This document shows positions 50,894 through 60,938 of a stretch of DNA of 64,000 nucleotides, in pieces; position 1 is the first letter of the stretch; every line of letters starts with the position of its first letter. Below the pieces are notes generated by a model that saw only the letters and a list, made by a program, of their open reading frames with translations, searched no databases and had not been told where the DNA came from. The DNA lies in contig NC_043011.1 of the NCBI RefSeq assembly GCF_006345805.1, positions 25,060,464 through 25,124,463 on the forward strand. Reading direction: 5' to 3'. This stretch comes from Octopus sinensis (Eukaryota). A program made the translations under genes and the position numbers.

Positions 50894-53800
50894 ATGTATA
50901 TATTCATCTGTGTTATTTTACTTACAAATTATGTTGCATGACTTCCTTTATGAAAAATCATTTCTCAACTCTCTGCAAGCCTTTATAAGATTTTATCTTT
51001 ATGCAAATTTCCTTATAGTTTATTGCTTAACATTATTATTGTTTTGGCCTTATTGCTCAGATACAGAGAACATCTATTAAAGTGAGAACATTTTGACAAT
51101 TCTAAAAATATTATTGCTTTCCTCGACACTTGGTCAAGTTGAGATTGCAGCATTATTAGTCTTAATAGCAACAGAAAATCAAAATATTTTTTATTAGATT
51201 ATTGACTATGATACAATGATTTATTCATTCATATATGTGTCCTTAGTTATTATTGTCAGAACATTTTGGCCATTGTATTCTTAAGTCTGCTTCATGTAAC
51301 TTCCATATTCAGTAATGTTCTCAGAATTTCAAACTGAATCTTTTATTAAATCTACAGAGTTGGATCATTTTCTTGCTATTGTCTGTATCAAGAATAGTCT
51401 CCTTATTATATATCTTATTACCTCTGATACTACTAGTTCATTCCAATTGCACCAAAGTATTAATAGTTTGATTGACGCTGGGATTGAACTTATGCCCACT
51501 AGTTAAACTACTACATCTAAGATTTGACACTTATATTCACTAACCCATCAGGACACCGAAAAATAATATCACAATTTTTGCAAGGTATTTTAGGTTCTAT
51601 GGTTGAAAATAAATCATATTCTCAGAAGAGGAAAAGTCTAACATTCAGAAGCTAAGATGTGCAACAAAACTCAAATTTTAATGCTGTTGCAACATCTTAG
51701 CTTGTGAATGTTTTAGCACTGGTAACATTCTAGTAGTCAACATTCTGAATGAGTCAAAATCTAAAGAGGCTAAGTTTGTGAATAGGGTGGGTGAGTAGTA
51801 ATTTTTACTCTCAAGGCCTTATCTGTTTTATTGGTTATATGGCTCTGAAAATTACTAAATGATACATTTTCTGTTGATTTGAACTTTTGCAAAGAGCTTG
51901 ATTCACACATCTTTCACAAGGTCCAGTCCTTGTTATGGTGTGATGGCTTGCATGCCTTAAAGACCCTGAATGCTATGCCAGCAGAGTGCAAGCTCTTGGT
52001 AGAGCTTCCCATGCTGGAAAGGTCAAAGGATAGTGGTCAGATTAATATGAAACCCTTCTCCCCAAAGGTAAAACTGGGGTTGCATAGACCCCCTACCTAG
52101 AAAAAAGGCTAAGTTAAAGAAACAATAAAAGACGACTGAGAGTCAAGAATAATAGAGAAAAATCATTAATGACTTTTTTTTTAATAAGAAAGTCCCCAAA
52201 CAAAGCAAGAAGCCACTTAGTGTAAGGGATTTGAAGAAAAAATCAAGATGAAAGGAATGAATTTACTTTAGACTTGAAAGAGTTAAAGTCATAAGAAGGA
52301 AGAAAACAATGAGATGGAAGAGAGTTCCAATGTCTGGCAGTTCAAAAGAAAAAAAACTATTTCCTTATTTGTTGAAGCACAACAATATTTGGATGAAGAT
52401 GCTGTGAGTTTCAAGTCAGGCAAGATGGCACAAAGTGATCTGGAACTATGAGAGAAAGTTCATCAGAGCACTTTCTGTGGTAATAACAATTGAAAAGACA
52501 AAGACTGATGACTTATGCTCCATAGGGAAGTGAACAGATTAATTGTAGGTTGACCCACACATAGAAGCTGTTGCCAATAAAGCAGTGCAGTGTTGTTTCT
52601 CCCTTGTTCCAATAACTCGGTGAACAATACCAGTTGAATTCCACCAAACAACGTAGCAAAAAGCTTCTTTTGATGCAACTCTGCTGTAGGTGTTAGAGTA
52701 TTTCATTTCTGGTAGCCACTGCTTCTTGCATTTCTTTTTAACATAGATTAATCCATTTCCTTGTGCTTGGTCACAATTCATCTAAGAAGTGCTTTTTCCC
52801 AAAAAGTTGCATATTATTAAATGCAAAGCTTTATTCTCAAAGAACAGTTTATGAGATGTCAAAGTCCTTTCTCTTAATACATTGTTCTTATTTCTTTCAC
52901 TTAATCATGAAGATGGACCAAGGTTTATTAATTTTCCAGGAGAACTTACCAATACTTAGAAACAGGTTCTCTTCAATTGCTGATTTCACTGCGTCATTCT
53001 CATGAACAATTTGATCTTTATCAGTATTAACCAGAGGGATTAAAATTAACATTCTTAAACTTGTTAAAACACTTCTGGCATCTTCAAACACTCCAGCATG
53101 GTTATGTAATAAATGTGCTTTCCAACCACATAGTTTTGGGTTTGATCTGACTGCATAGCACTTTGAACAAGTATTTTCTACTGCAGCCCTGGGCCAACCA
53201 AAGCCTTGTGAATGGATTTGGTTGACAGAAACTGAAAGAAGCCCATCATATGCTTTAAGTGTCCCCATCATGCAAAGAACATCTTTCATTTGCAATCTTC
53301 CCTGAAAATATGTCTGGTTATAGAGAAATATTATCTTGCCTGGAAACAGGTTAGAGTTGGCAACAGGAAGAGCCTCATACTATAGGAAATCCACCTCAAC
53401 AAAATCCATCTGACCCATGCAAGCATGGAAACCTGGACGTTAAAATAACAATGATGATTTATGTCAGGATATACAGTGCATATGTTTTTCACTGCACATA
53501 TTACATTGTTACCTGTATGAAATTTGTAAAGCAAGCAGTGTTGATAGTGATACTTTTCAAAGTCCTTGCCATCCATGAATTGTCTAAAAAGAAAACGTGG
53601 GTTATCAAATTCAAATGTTAACTTCAGCTAAACAAGATCAATGATTGGACTGACCTTAAAGATTAGTAATATATTAGTAACATGACTTCAGATCATTTGC
53701 TTGAAACTGTGGCATTACTTTTTGGTATTCCTAACATGCATATATATATATACACACACACACAATATGGATACACAAGTAACCAAATGGTAAAAAGATT

Positions 53801-56800
53801 TACTACAAAACCATGAGATCCTGAGTTCGATATCACTGTGTGACATGTTGGGCAAGGGTCTTTACCATAGCTTCAGATTGACCCAAGATTTGTAAGTGAA
53901 ATTTAATGGTACAGCTTTCTACACTAATTCATTATCATCATCGTTTAACATCCACTTTCCATACTGGCATGGGTTGGATGGTCTGACTGAGGGTTGGCAA
54001 GCTAGAAGGCTGCACCAGGCTCCAATCTGATCTGGATGCCCTTCCTAATGCCAACCATTCTGAGAGTGTAGTGGGTGCTTTTTACGTGCCACTGGCATGA
54101 GGGCCAATCAGGCAGTACTGGCATTGACCACACTCGAATAGTGCTTTTTAAGTGCCACCGGCACGGGACCAGTCAGGTGGCACTCTCATCAGCCACAACA
54201 ATGACTTCACTTGGCTCAAAAGGTCTTCACAAGGGCAGTTTATTGCCCAATGATTGAAAGGTACTCCTAAATGGGCCGGTTATGCTGCACTGGCATAGGC
54301 CACAGTTACAGTCTCGCTTGGCTTGCTGGGTCTTCTCAAGCACAGCATATCTCCAAAGGTCTCGGTCACTTGTCATTGCCTTCATGAGGCCCAACATTCA
54401 AAAGTCAAGCTTCACCTTCGAACGTTGGGTGCCTATGAAATACTCACCTATGCTGCTTGTTAATTCAATTAGCAGGTCATTCAGTTGATTGAAGAACTAG
54501 ATGCTCATACTTTGTCCATCATGTATGCTTATACACACATAACAAACATTCTTATCCAACTACTTGTAAAGGACCTTCTTGATTTAACATCCCAGAAAAT
54601 TACTCCAATCTCTGACTTGCAGACATGCCATGTTTTCTCTCTGACTCTTCTACACCTATTTCAGTGGCCTCTGCTGCTTGAGGCTGGTTGGTTTTGTACA
54701 ACCTCTACTCATGTACTTGAAACTCACTTATCTTTTCTCCTCCTATTGTCCGTATTATTTCCCCCTCAGACCTCACGCTAACTATTCTATTCTGATCTAA
54801 TTTTGGAACTCACTCACTCTCTCTCTCTCTCAGTGGGAACAAATTTGGCAATTTTTGGCAAAATATGTACTCTTTTACCAAGTTATAACAAAAAGTTAGT
54901 GAGATATTTAAAATATTTACAGTTGGATAGATAGACAAGTATAACAAAATAATTTGATAAAAAATGTGAATTTTTAATTATTTTCTGAGATTTTACAAAA
55001 ACAACAAAAATATTTTTTAATTTTACGTATATATATATATATATTTGTCCCACGGCCGTCAGCTGTTCAAGAGAAACAAATTGTATCAATCCCACTGGTT
55101 TTGGATGCCCTGCAAAGTCAAGTAAAAATATGATTGTTCTTTCTCTTAAAATATGTGGCCTTCTTGCCTCTAGAGATCAGTATTGGTTAATGTCACATAA
55201 AAATAAGACAGTCATGTAATCATTACTTTTATTTAATTAATTAATTTTTTTAAAAACTTTCTGCAGTAAATATGGTTTAGTCATTTAAAAATCAGATCAC
55301 TGATCAGAGAGATTGATAGTGCCTATCCTGTCACCTTCTGTGCTGTGACCAGAGTCTAGATACTTAAAATTATGGCTTCCTATACTGATATCTCTATTAA
55401 CTGGATTTAGTCCTACTGGCATTAAGAGAGTGTAACTCTAAGCTCTACTGGTAGCAGAATGCAAATCCAGCATTACTCTTTTACTTGTTTCAGTCATTTG
55501 ACTGTGGCCATGCAGGAGCACTGCCTTTAGTCGATCAAATCGACTAGTACTTGTTTTATCGGTCTCTTTTGCTGAACCGCTAAGTTAGAGGACGTAAACA
55601 CACCAGCATCGGTTGTCAAGCGAAGTTGGGGGGACAAGCATACACACACACACACATATATACGACGGGCTTCTTTCAGTTTCCGTGTACCAAATCCACT
55701 CACAAGGCTTTGAGCGGCCTGAGGCTATAGTAGAAGACACTTGCCCTAGGTACCACGCAGTGGGACTGAACCCGGAACCATGTGGTTCGTAAGCAAGCTA
55801 CTTACCACACAGCCACTCCTACACCTATAAATTATCAAAACACTTGTTGATAGTAAGGGCATGTCCATAACAATGTACACATACAGACAGAGAGTGGGGA
55901 GAAATAGAGGGATATTACAATTTATTAATTGAATGTGATTGACCTAAACACACTTTCACCTCAGACACATAAAGAGAAATATGCTCATACACATTGGTAA
56001 AGAGAGTGTGAGAGAATGAGAGAAACATCTAAAACGTCTAATGTCAAATAAGTCAGCATCAAACCAGTGACACCAAAACAGCTGTGTCAAAATGTCTCGT
56101 ACACTAGAGATAGATGGAATGTATCCATAAATTTCCGCTTTGGTTTTGTATCCACCAATGAAATGTTTCCAAGCCCTTGTGAGAAGCCTAGTGTATAGCT
56201 CCTTCTTCATAGTCCATGTTATGGTGAATGCTACATTTTACATAAGTAATACATAGCATTTCAACATTAATAAGAGTAACACCATATTTTACTAATGTGT
56301 TTATAACTTGTTTGCTTTTGTTTTGACAGGGCAAAGGAATAAAGAATGAAAACATGTTAGTTGAGGACGCAACAGTAACTAGAGTGAGTTGATTGGAAAC
56401 TAATTTATTTGATTTCTTTTTTACATATTTACTTATTCACCAAATGTTTGTAGAAAGCTATGTTATATAAATTATTTGGAAGTGTTATCCTGTTTTTTTT
56501 TTCTTTCATTTATATTCTTACATATTTTATTTAAAATTAAATGCTTAGCTATTGTTAATTGCTTAGCAATTTATGGGTTTTTTTTTTTTTTTTTAGATAT
56601 TAGTATTATTATGGCAGCATGCTGGCAGAATCAGACAAAATGCTTGGCAGTATTTCTTTTGGCTCTTTAAATTTTAGGTTCAAATCCTTTCAAGGACAAC
56701 TGTATTTTTCATCTTTTTGGGGTGATAAAATAAAATACCAGTCAAGTACAGGGGATGACGTAATCAACTATCTCCATCACCCCTCAAAATTGCCGGCCTT

Positions 56801-59800
56801 GTGCCAAAATCTGAAACGATTACTACAATTCTTAAGGTGGCAAACTGGCAGAAATTGTTGGAGCAACAGACAAAATGTTTAATGAAATTTCTTTCAGCTC
56901 TTTATATTTTGAGTTCAAATACTGCTGAGGTTGACTTTGTATTTCATTCTTTTGGTGTCAATAATACAAAGTGCCAGTGAAATACTGGAGTAAATATAAC
57001 CAACTAAACTCCTCCCTCTGAAATTTCTGGCCTTGTACCAAAATTTGTAACAATTGTTGTTATTATTATTTTTCTCTTGAGTACTTTCTACTTAGCAGCC
57101 AAACACTTAGCTGTAAAGTAGGCCTGGTACCTGTTCTCAGACAAGCAGAGTGAGGCAAAAAGAATTATATAATTTGTTTTAGTTGCGACATATTCATCGT
57201 GGTAATATTTGAACACATAGCCATGATGTTAGCAACAATGAATTGACAAAATCATATGTGCATCAGACGAAATGCCTAGAAGTATTTACTCTGGCTTCTT
57301 GCATAACTGAATTCAAATTCCTTTGAACTCAGCTTTGCCTTTCGTCCTTCCCTGGTGCTTGTGGGGTTTTGGATCAATCAATAACACACCAGTCTTTGGC
57401 AGTGGACCAGCAGAATTGTTAGTAACAGGCTGAATGCCTTGCTATATTTGAGGTGGCGAGCTGGCAGAAACGTTAGCATGCCGGGCGAAATGCTTAGTGG
57501 TATTTCGTCTGTCGCTACGTTCTGAGTTCAAATTCCACCGAGGTCGACTTTGCCTTTCATCCTTTCAGAGTCGATAAATAAAGCACCAGTTTCGCACTGG
57601 GGGTCGATGTAATCGACTTAATCTGTTTGTCTGTCCTTGTTTGTCCCCTCTGTTTAGTTCCTTGTGGGCAGTAAAGAAATATATATTTGTTGATTCTGTG
57701 TTCAGAGGCAATGCCATATTTGTTGGCTCTTTGTGTGGTTTGAGTCTACTATATTTGATGACTCTTTGTGTTCGAGTGTATGCTGTATTTATTAAGTCTT
57801 TGTGGTCTGAGTCAATGTTGCATTTGTTGGCTCTTTGTGATCTGAGTCAGCGCTATGTTTACTGTCTCTTTGTGTTTGAGACCATGCTGTATTTGTTGAC
57901 TTTGTAGTCTGAGTCAAATCTCACTGGGACTTACTTGGATAATGGACTTAATTTAATGTCAACAGTATCTGGTCACTGAGTACCTTTAGTCTATCATAAG
58001 CATTTGGACCAGGTTTATAGTTTGAGGATAGCTTCCTCCCTTCGGTCTTCAGAACCTATTCCCTTTAATACTGCCTATTATTAAAGGGCACAGTTAATGC
58101 TCTTCCTCCTGACTAAAATGATGGTGGTGGGGTTTGTATTATAATGGTGACACATAAAAGGCTACCGGTACACTCTGTGGAATGGTTAGTGTTAGGCAGA
58201 GCATCCAGCTGTAGAATCCAAGCTAAAATACATTGGAGCCTGGTGCAGCCCTCCAGCTTAGCAGTTCCAATCAAACTATCTAACCCATTCCAGCATGGAA
58301 AATGGACACTAAATGATGATGATGATGGGCATTGGTCCTTCTCTAGAAAGCAAAAGCAAAACAGAAAGTCAGTGAGAGAGAATTTCAATAACAGATAAGG
58401 GTTACTATATAAAAACATGTTTAAACATTTGTGATTTCAGCACACCTTTTGAACTAAATAGATTTCAGTTAAAACAGTAAATGTCTCTGGTGAAATTATT
58501 ATTGTATTTCAAAAAATTAGAGAGTAATGCCATCTGGATACTTCAGTTTCTTTCTTTTTTTTTTTTCAGAAACAATTAAATTCTCTAAACAAAATCACCA
58601 GCAACATCATTGACATCATCAATTCTGCTCGAGAAGAATGGGAAAGCGAAGCAAGTAAGTATGGGAGGTATTATATGAGTATGAGTATGAGCTGGAGAAA
58701 AATTATTTAAAACTAACAACTGCAACAAAACTTATGAAATTTAATTGATATTTATGTGCAGGGATGGGATGGCTGTGTGGTTAAGAAGCTCACTTTACAA
58801 ACCACATGGTTTCAGGTTCAGTTCTGCTACACACCACTTACTTTGTAGCCTTAAACCAATCAGTGATCAAATGTTTGTGTTCACATAAGCTCAATTCCTC
58901 TATCATATTGACATTACTTGTAGAAGTGCACCATGTGCTACATGTCAGATGACGAAATGCTTGCAGAGCAATGTGAAATGAAGTGTTTTGGTCAAGAATA
59001 TAATGCAACACCTGATCTAGGTATCAAAACCACAATCTCACAATCATGAGTGCAACTCCCTAACCACTAAGCCATATCTTTTCATACACACACATATATT
59101 CAATTTTATTTTCCAATCAATATAGTTATCAATGCAGAAAAAATGTAGTAAAATTGGCTTTTCTCCTGGCTTTGCACATTAAAAAGGGAGATTAGTTATC
59201 ATAGGTAATGATAATGTTCCCAGATTTGATATGTTTTACCAACAACCTGGTAATTTTTCTCGAGCACCACGAACTCATCAACAGCCAAGATCTGAACTGA
59301 TAAGATACAGGCCAGTAGCATTGGACTACCAGCTATCATATCTATTTGGGTCATATTGATAAGGTACCTCTGACACATATATTGCTGTCGTCTACTGGAA
59401 ATGAATTTTTCTTACCTTTTGGACTTCAGATCAGAAATCGGCACAGCCACAGACATCTTCAATGGCAGATACCAATACTCTAATTCAGGCCATCACTATT
59501 GGAAAAGGTCTCAAACAACCGACACCTCGACGTTCTGAGAATTCTCATCAGAATAACAACATTAATACTCAGCCACAGACTCAGAAGCCACCAGGTAAGT
59601 TATCTCACATTTTCATTCATTTTACATTTCTTTTAACCTCTTAAATACATGTTGTGTTATGTATTGTTATATAAGCGCAGGCTGTGTGATTAAGAACTTT
59701 GCTTCCCAACAACAGTTTGGGGTTCAGTCCCACTATGTAGCACCTTAGGCATGTGTCTTCTATTATAACCTTGGACCAACCTTAGCCTTGAGATTTGGTT

Positions 59801-60671
59801 GCTGGAAACTGAAAGAAGCTTGTCATGCATGCGAGCTCTCTTGTTTTGACATCATGTGAATGTGTAAATGAATGTCAGTAATTTCTAAACACACGTCAAG
59901 CCATGAGGAAATATTACCTTGATTGGAAACAGATGGGTGCTGGCAACAGGAAGGGTATCTGTCTGTAGAAAATCTGCCTCCATAAACTCCGACCAACCCA
60001 TGCAAGCATGGCAAAGCTGACATTAAAATGATGATGGTGATCTTTCAGTATACAGAGCCACAGGTCATAATGTCAACAAGGAATGTGAACATTATGACCA
60101 TTTTGCTCAAGTGGTGATTTGCTTGGAAGGTCAGCTTTCATGCATCACATGCACACCACAAGCTACCTGCAGTTTCACTCTACCAAATTCACTCATGTTT
60201 TTGCCTGACCAGGGCTGTAGTAGAAGATACACTGCCAAGGTGCTATGCAGTGAAACAAAACTAAAACCATGTGATTGTGAAAGTAGCCAAATTAAACCAT
60301 ATTGTCTTAAAAATACACCTTCAATGATGTCTAGAAAAGGCAGGATAATCGCAATTGGAGAGCTTTTGATTATAGACCTGCTTGTTCCAGGTTCCCCAGG
60401 GACTAAGTAGCAACATATTGATGTATTTTCTATCGCAAACAAGCCAACATCAAAATAAAGGTGGAATCTGTTGTCAGTTAAGTTAGTCTTAAAAAGGTTC
60501 AGCAAAGCATAACATGATTGATTTTTTCATATTTATGGTCATAATCTGTGTTCTTAAAAACTACCCTTTAATTTTTATATATTTCCAGCTTCCACCAATA
60601 TTTCTAAAGCTCCAAGCACTATCAAGACTAACATCAAAGCAGCCTCCAGTCATCCTTACCAGCGTTCCTGA
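32761..60671 (+). CDS. MED8: Mediator of RNA polymerase II transcription subunit 8, complete, 7 exons, 744 nt, 247 aa
   Basis: join(32761-32766, 37010-37128, 40240-40384, 42676-42816, 58570-58654, 59430-59594, 60589-60671). All introns GT-AG and in frame. Peptide MQREEKQLE...[16 protein letters not shown]...[17 protein letters not shown]...[15 protein letters not shown]...[16 protein letters not shown] matches the MED8 family from N- to C-terminus. Confidence 0.96.
33150..33290. mobile_element. 141-bp mariner-type MITE in MED8 intron 1
   Basis: 23-bp TIRs TAAGGTTGTCCCAAAAGTTCGTA / TTAGATTGTCCCAAAAGTTCGTA (21/23), flanked by TA on both sides. Confidence 0.85.
34399..35647 (-). mobile_element. 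Full-length decayed mariner (DD34D) transposon, 1249 bp
   Basis: 30-bp TIRs TTGGGTTGTTCAGAAAGTTCGTGCAGATTT / TTGGGTTGTCTGGAAAGTTCGTGCCGATTT (26/30), TA on both sides. Transposase pieces MKDKKVHF...[24 protein letters not shown] with stops and frameshifts. Inserted inside an older repeat. Confidence 0.95.
37010..37128 (+). CDS. MED8: MED8 exon 2 ([11 protein letters not shown]...EHEYASMSW)
   Basis: tcatag acceptor, GTGAGT donor, 119 nt. Confidence 0.95.
37446..38997 (-). mobile_element. 5'-truncated RTE-clade LINE (RT C-terminus, 3' UTR, (GAT)n tail)
   Basis: NLAKTKVL...YLGD...[20 protein letters not shown]...[12 protein letters not shown]; 3' UTR ending GTTAAACGATGATGATG. Confidence 0.9.
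40240..40384 (+). CDS. MED8: MED8 exon 3 ([15 protein letters not shown]...SPDKDPELE)
   Basis: ttccag acceptor, GTAACT donor, 145 nt. Confidence 0.95.
40988..41280 (+). mobile_element. Young RTE 3'-tail copy, near-identical to 25153-25460
   Basis: GCACCCACTACACTCACGGAGTGGTTGGCGTTAGGAAGGGCATCCAGC...CCATGCTAGCATGG...(GAT)n. Many older copies occur throughout, e.g. 7445-7620, 8656-8893, 11930-12066, 20400-20590, 26946-27101, 46130-46290, 53935-54420, 58150-58327. Confidence 0.85.
41279..42275 (+). mobile_element. Internally deleted RTE LINE (APE fragment fused to RT C-terminal fragment)
   Basis: [17 protein letters not shown]...SQIDF, then AMLHGSETW...WYGHVLRM. Confidence 0.88.
42676..42816 (+). 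CDS. MED8: MED8 exon 4 (KLTEGRL...[18 protein letters not shown]...DTTQ)
   Basis: ttgtag acceptor, GTAAGA donor, 141 nt. Confidence 0.95.
44755..45380 (-). mobile_element. RTE LINE fragment (APE endonuclease region)
   Basis: AGDFNEHVG...[11 protein letters not shown]...NTNFRK...SQIDFIL. Confidence 0.88.
46434..46628. repeat. 42-bp minisatellite, about 4.6 units, inside an RTE-tail copy
   Basis: Unit approximately TTGCCTCCATGAGGCCCAACACTCAAAAGGAACTCAGCCACT. Confidence 0.85.
46680..47585 (-). mobile_element. Truncated mariner transposase remnant (second family)
   Basis: [22 protein letters not shown]...[14 protein letters not shown]...; LLHDN..PH; [15 protein letters not shown]. No TIRs seen. 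Confidence 0.9.
49803..50312 (+). mobile_element. Internally deleted RTE-like element (5' UTR joined to ORF 3' end)
   Basis: GGCTTGTATACTTCAATGAC...GAGCTATTCCAGCAG...CCTGGTATGGCCTCCCAT resembles RTE/Expander 5' UTRs (a second copy lies at 51930-52110). It is followed by a decayed AL.WNP...RG.PK motif. Confidence 0.5.
52255..52400 (-). mobile_element. CR1/L2-group LINE 3' end remnant
   Basis: Minus strand reads [32 protein letters not shown], the typical CR1-like ORF2 C-terminus. Confidence 0.7.
52540..53576 (-). mobile_element. Heavily decayed mariner-like remnant interrupted by a SINE (about 53095-53458)
   Basis: [26 protein letters not shown] resembles a mariner N-terminus; [10 protein letters not shown] resembles the catalytic region. 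Confidence 0.6.
56330..56383 (+). CDS. Candidate alternative (cassette) exon in MED8 intron 4 ([18 protein letters not shown])
   Basis: TACTAAT branch-point match at about 56290, T-rich tract, acag acceptor, 54-nt stop-free phase 0-0 segment, GTGAGT donor. No homology support. Confidence 0.45.
57451..57681 (+). mobile_element. SINE family B (GCCTTTCATCCTTTC.G.GTCGATAAA core, Nin-domain-like), well-preserved copy
   Basis: Repeated at about 730-885(-), 12735-13330 (several tandem pieces), 16288-16443(-), 18978-19195, 19366-19550, 43110-43320, 56612-57050. Confidence 0.8.
57686..57918. repeat. Degenerate ~34-bp minisatellite, about 7 units
   Basis: Recurrent ATTTGTTGGCTCTTTGTG..CTGAGTCA..GCT.T units. 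Confidence 0.7.
58570..58654 (+). CDS. MED8: MED8 exon 5 ([28 protein letters not shown])
   Basis: poly-T cag acceptor, GTAAGT donor, 85 nt. Confidence 0.93.
59430..59594 (+). CDS. MED8: MED8 exon 6 (QKSAQ...[15 protein letters not shown]...QKPP)
   Basis: cttcag acceptor, GTAAGT donor, 165 nt, phase 1-1. Confidence 0.92.
60589..60671 (+). CDS. MED8: MED8 terminal exon ([26 protein letters not shown])
   Basis: ttccag acceptor; conserved C-terminal IKTNIK.AS.HPYQR; TGA at 60669-60671. Confidence 0.95.
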
Positions 60672-60932
60672 GGTAGTATTTGAAACTGTGTGCAAAGAAA
60701 AAAAACGCACATCTATATCTCAACAGATATTACTACAGTATTTCTGACTGCTAACTTAATGAAGGTAACAGAAAAGAGGATCTATATCAAAAACCTACTG
60801 CACAGTGCAACAAACTTATTTTTACTTAAATTATTGATTCATTTTGTTCCTTCTCTAAACTTTTTAAAATTCATTTTGGGGAAAACAATCTCTCCTTGAA
60901 TATTTTGTAAACATTTTTTTTGTTTTTAATTC

Positions 60933-60938
60933 AATAAA
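60933..60938 (+). promoter_or_regulatory. Probable MED8 polyadenylation signal
   Basis: First AATAAA I find after the stop codon (about 260 nt downstream), followed by T-rich sequence. Confidence 0.55.
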
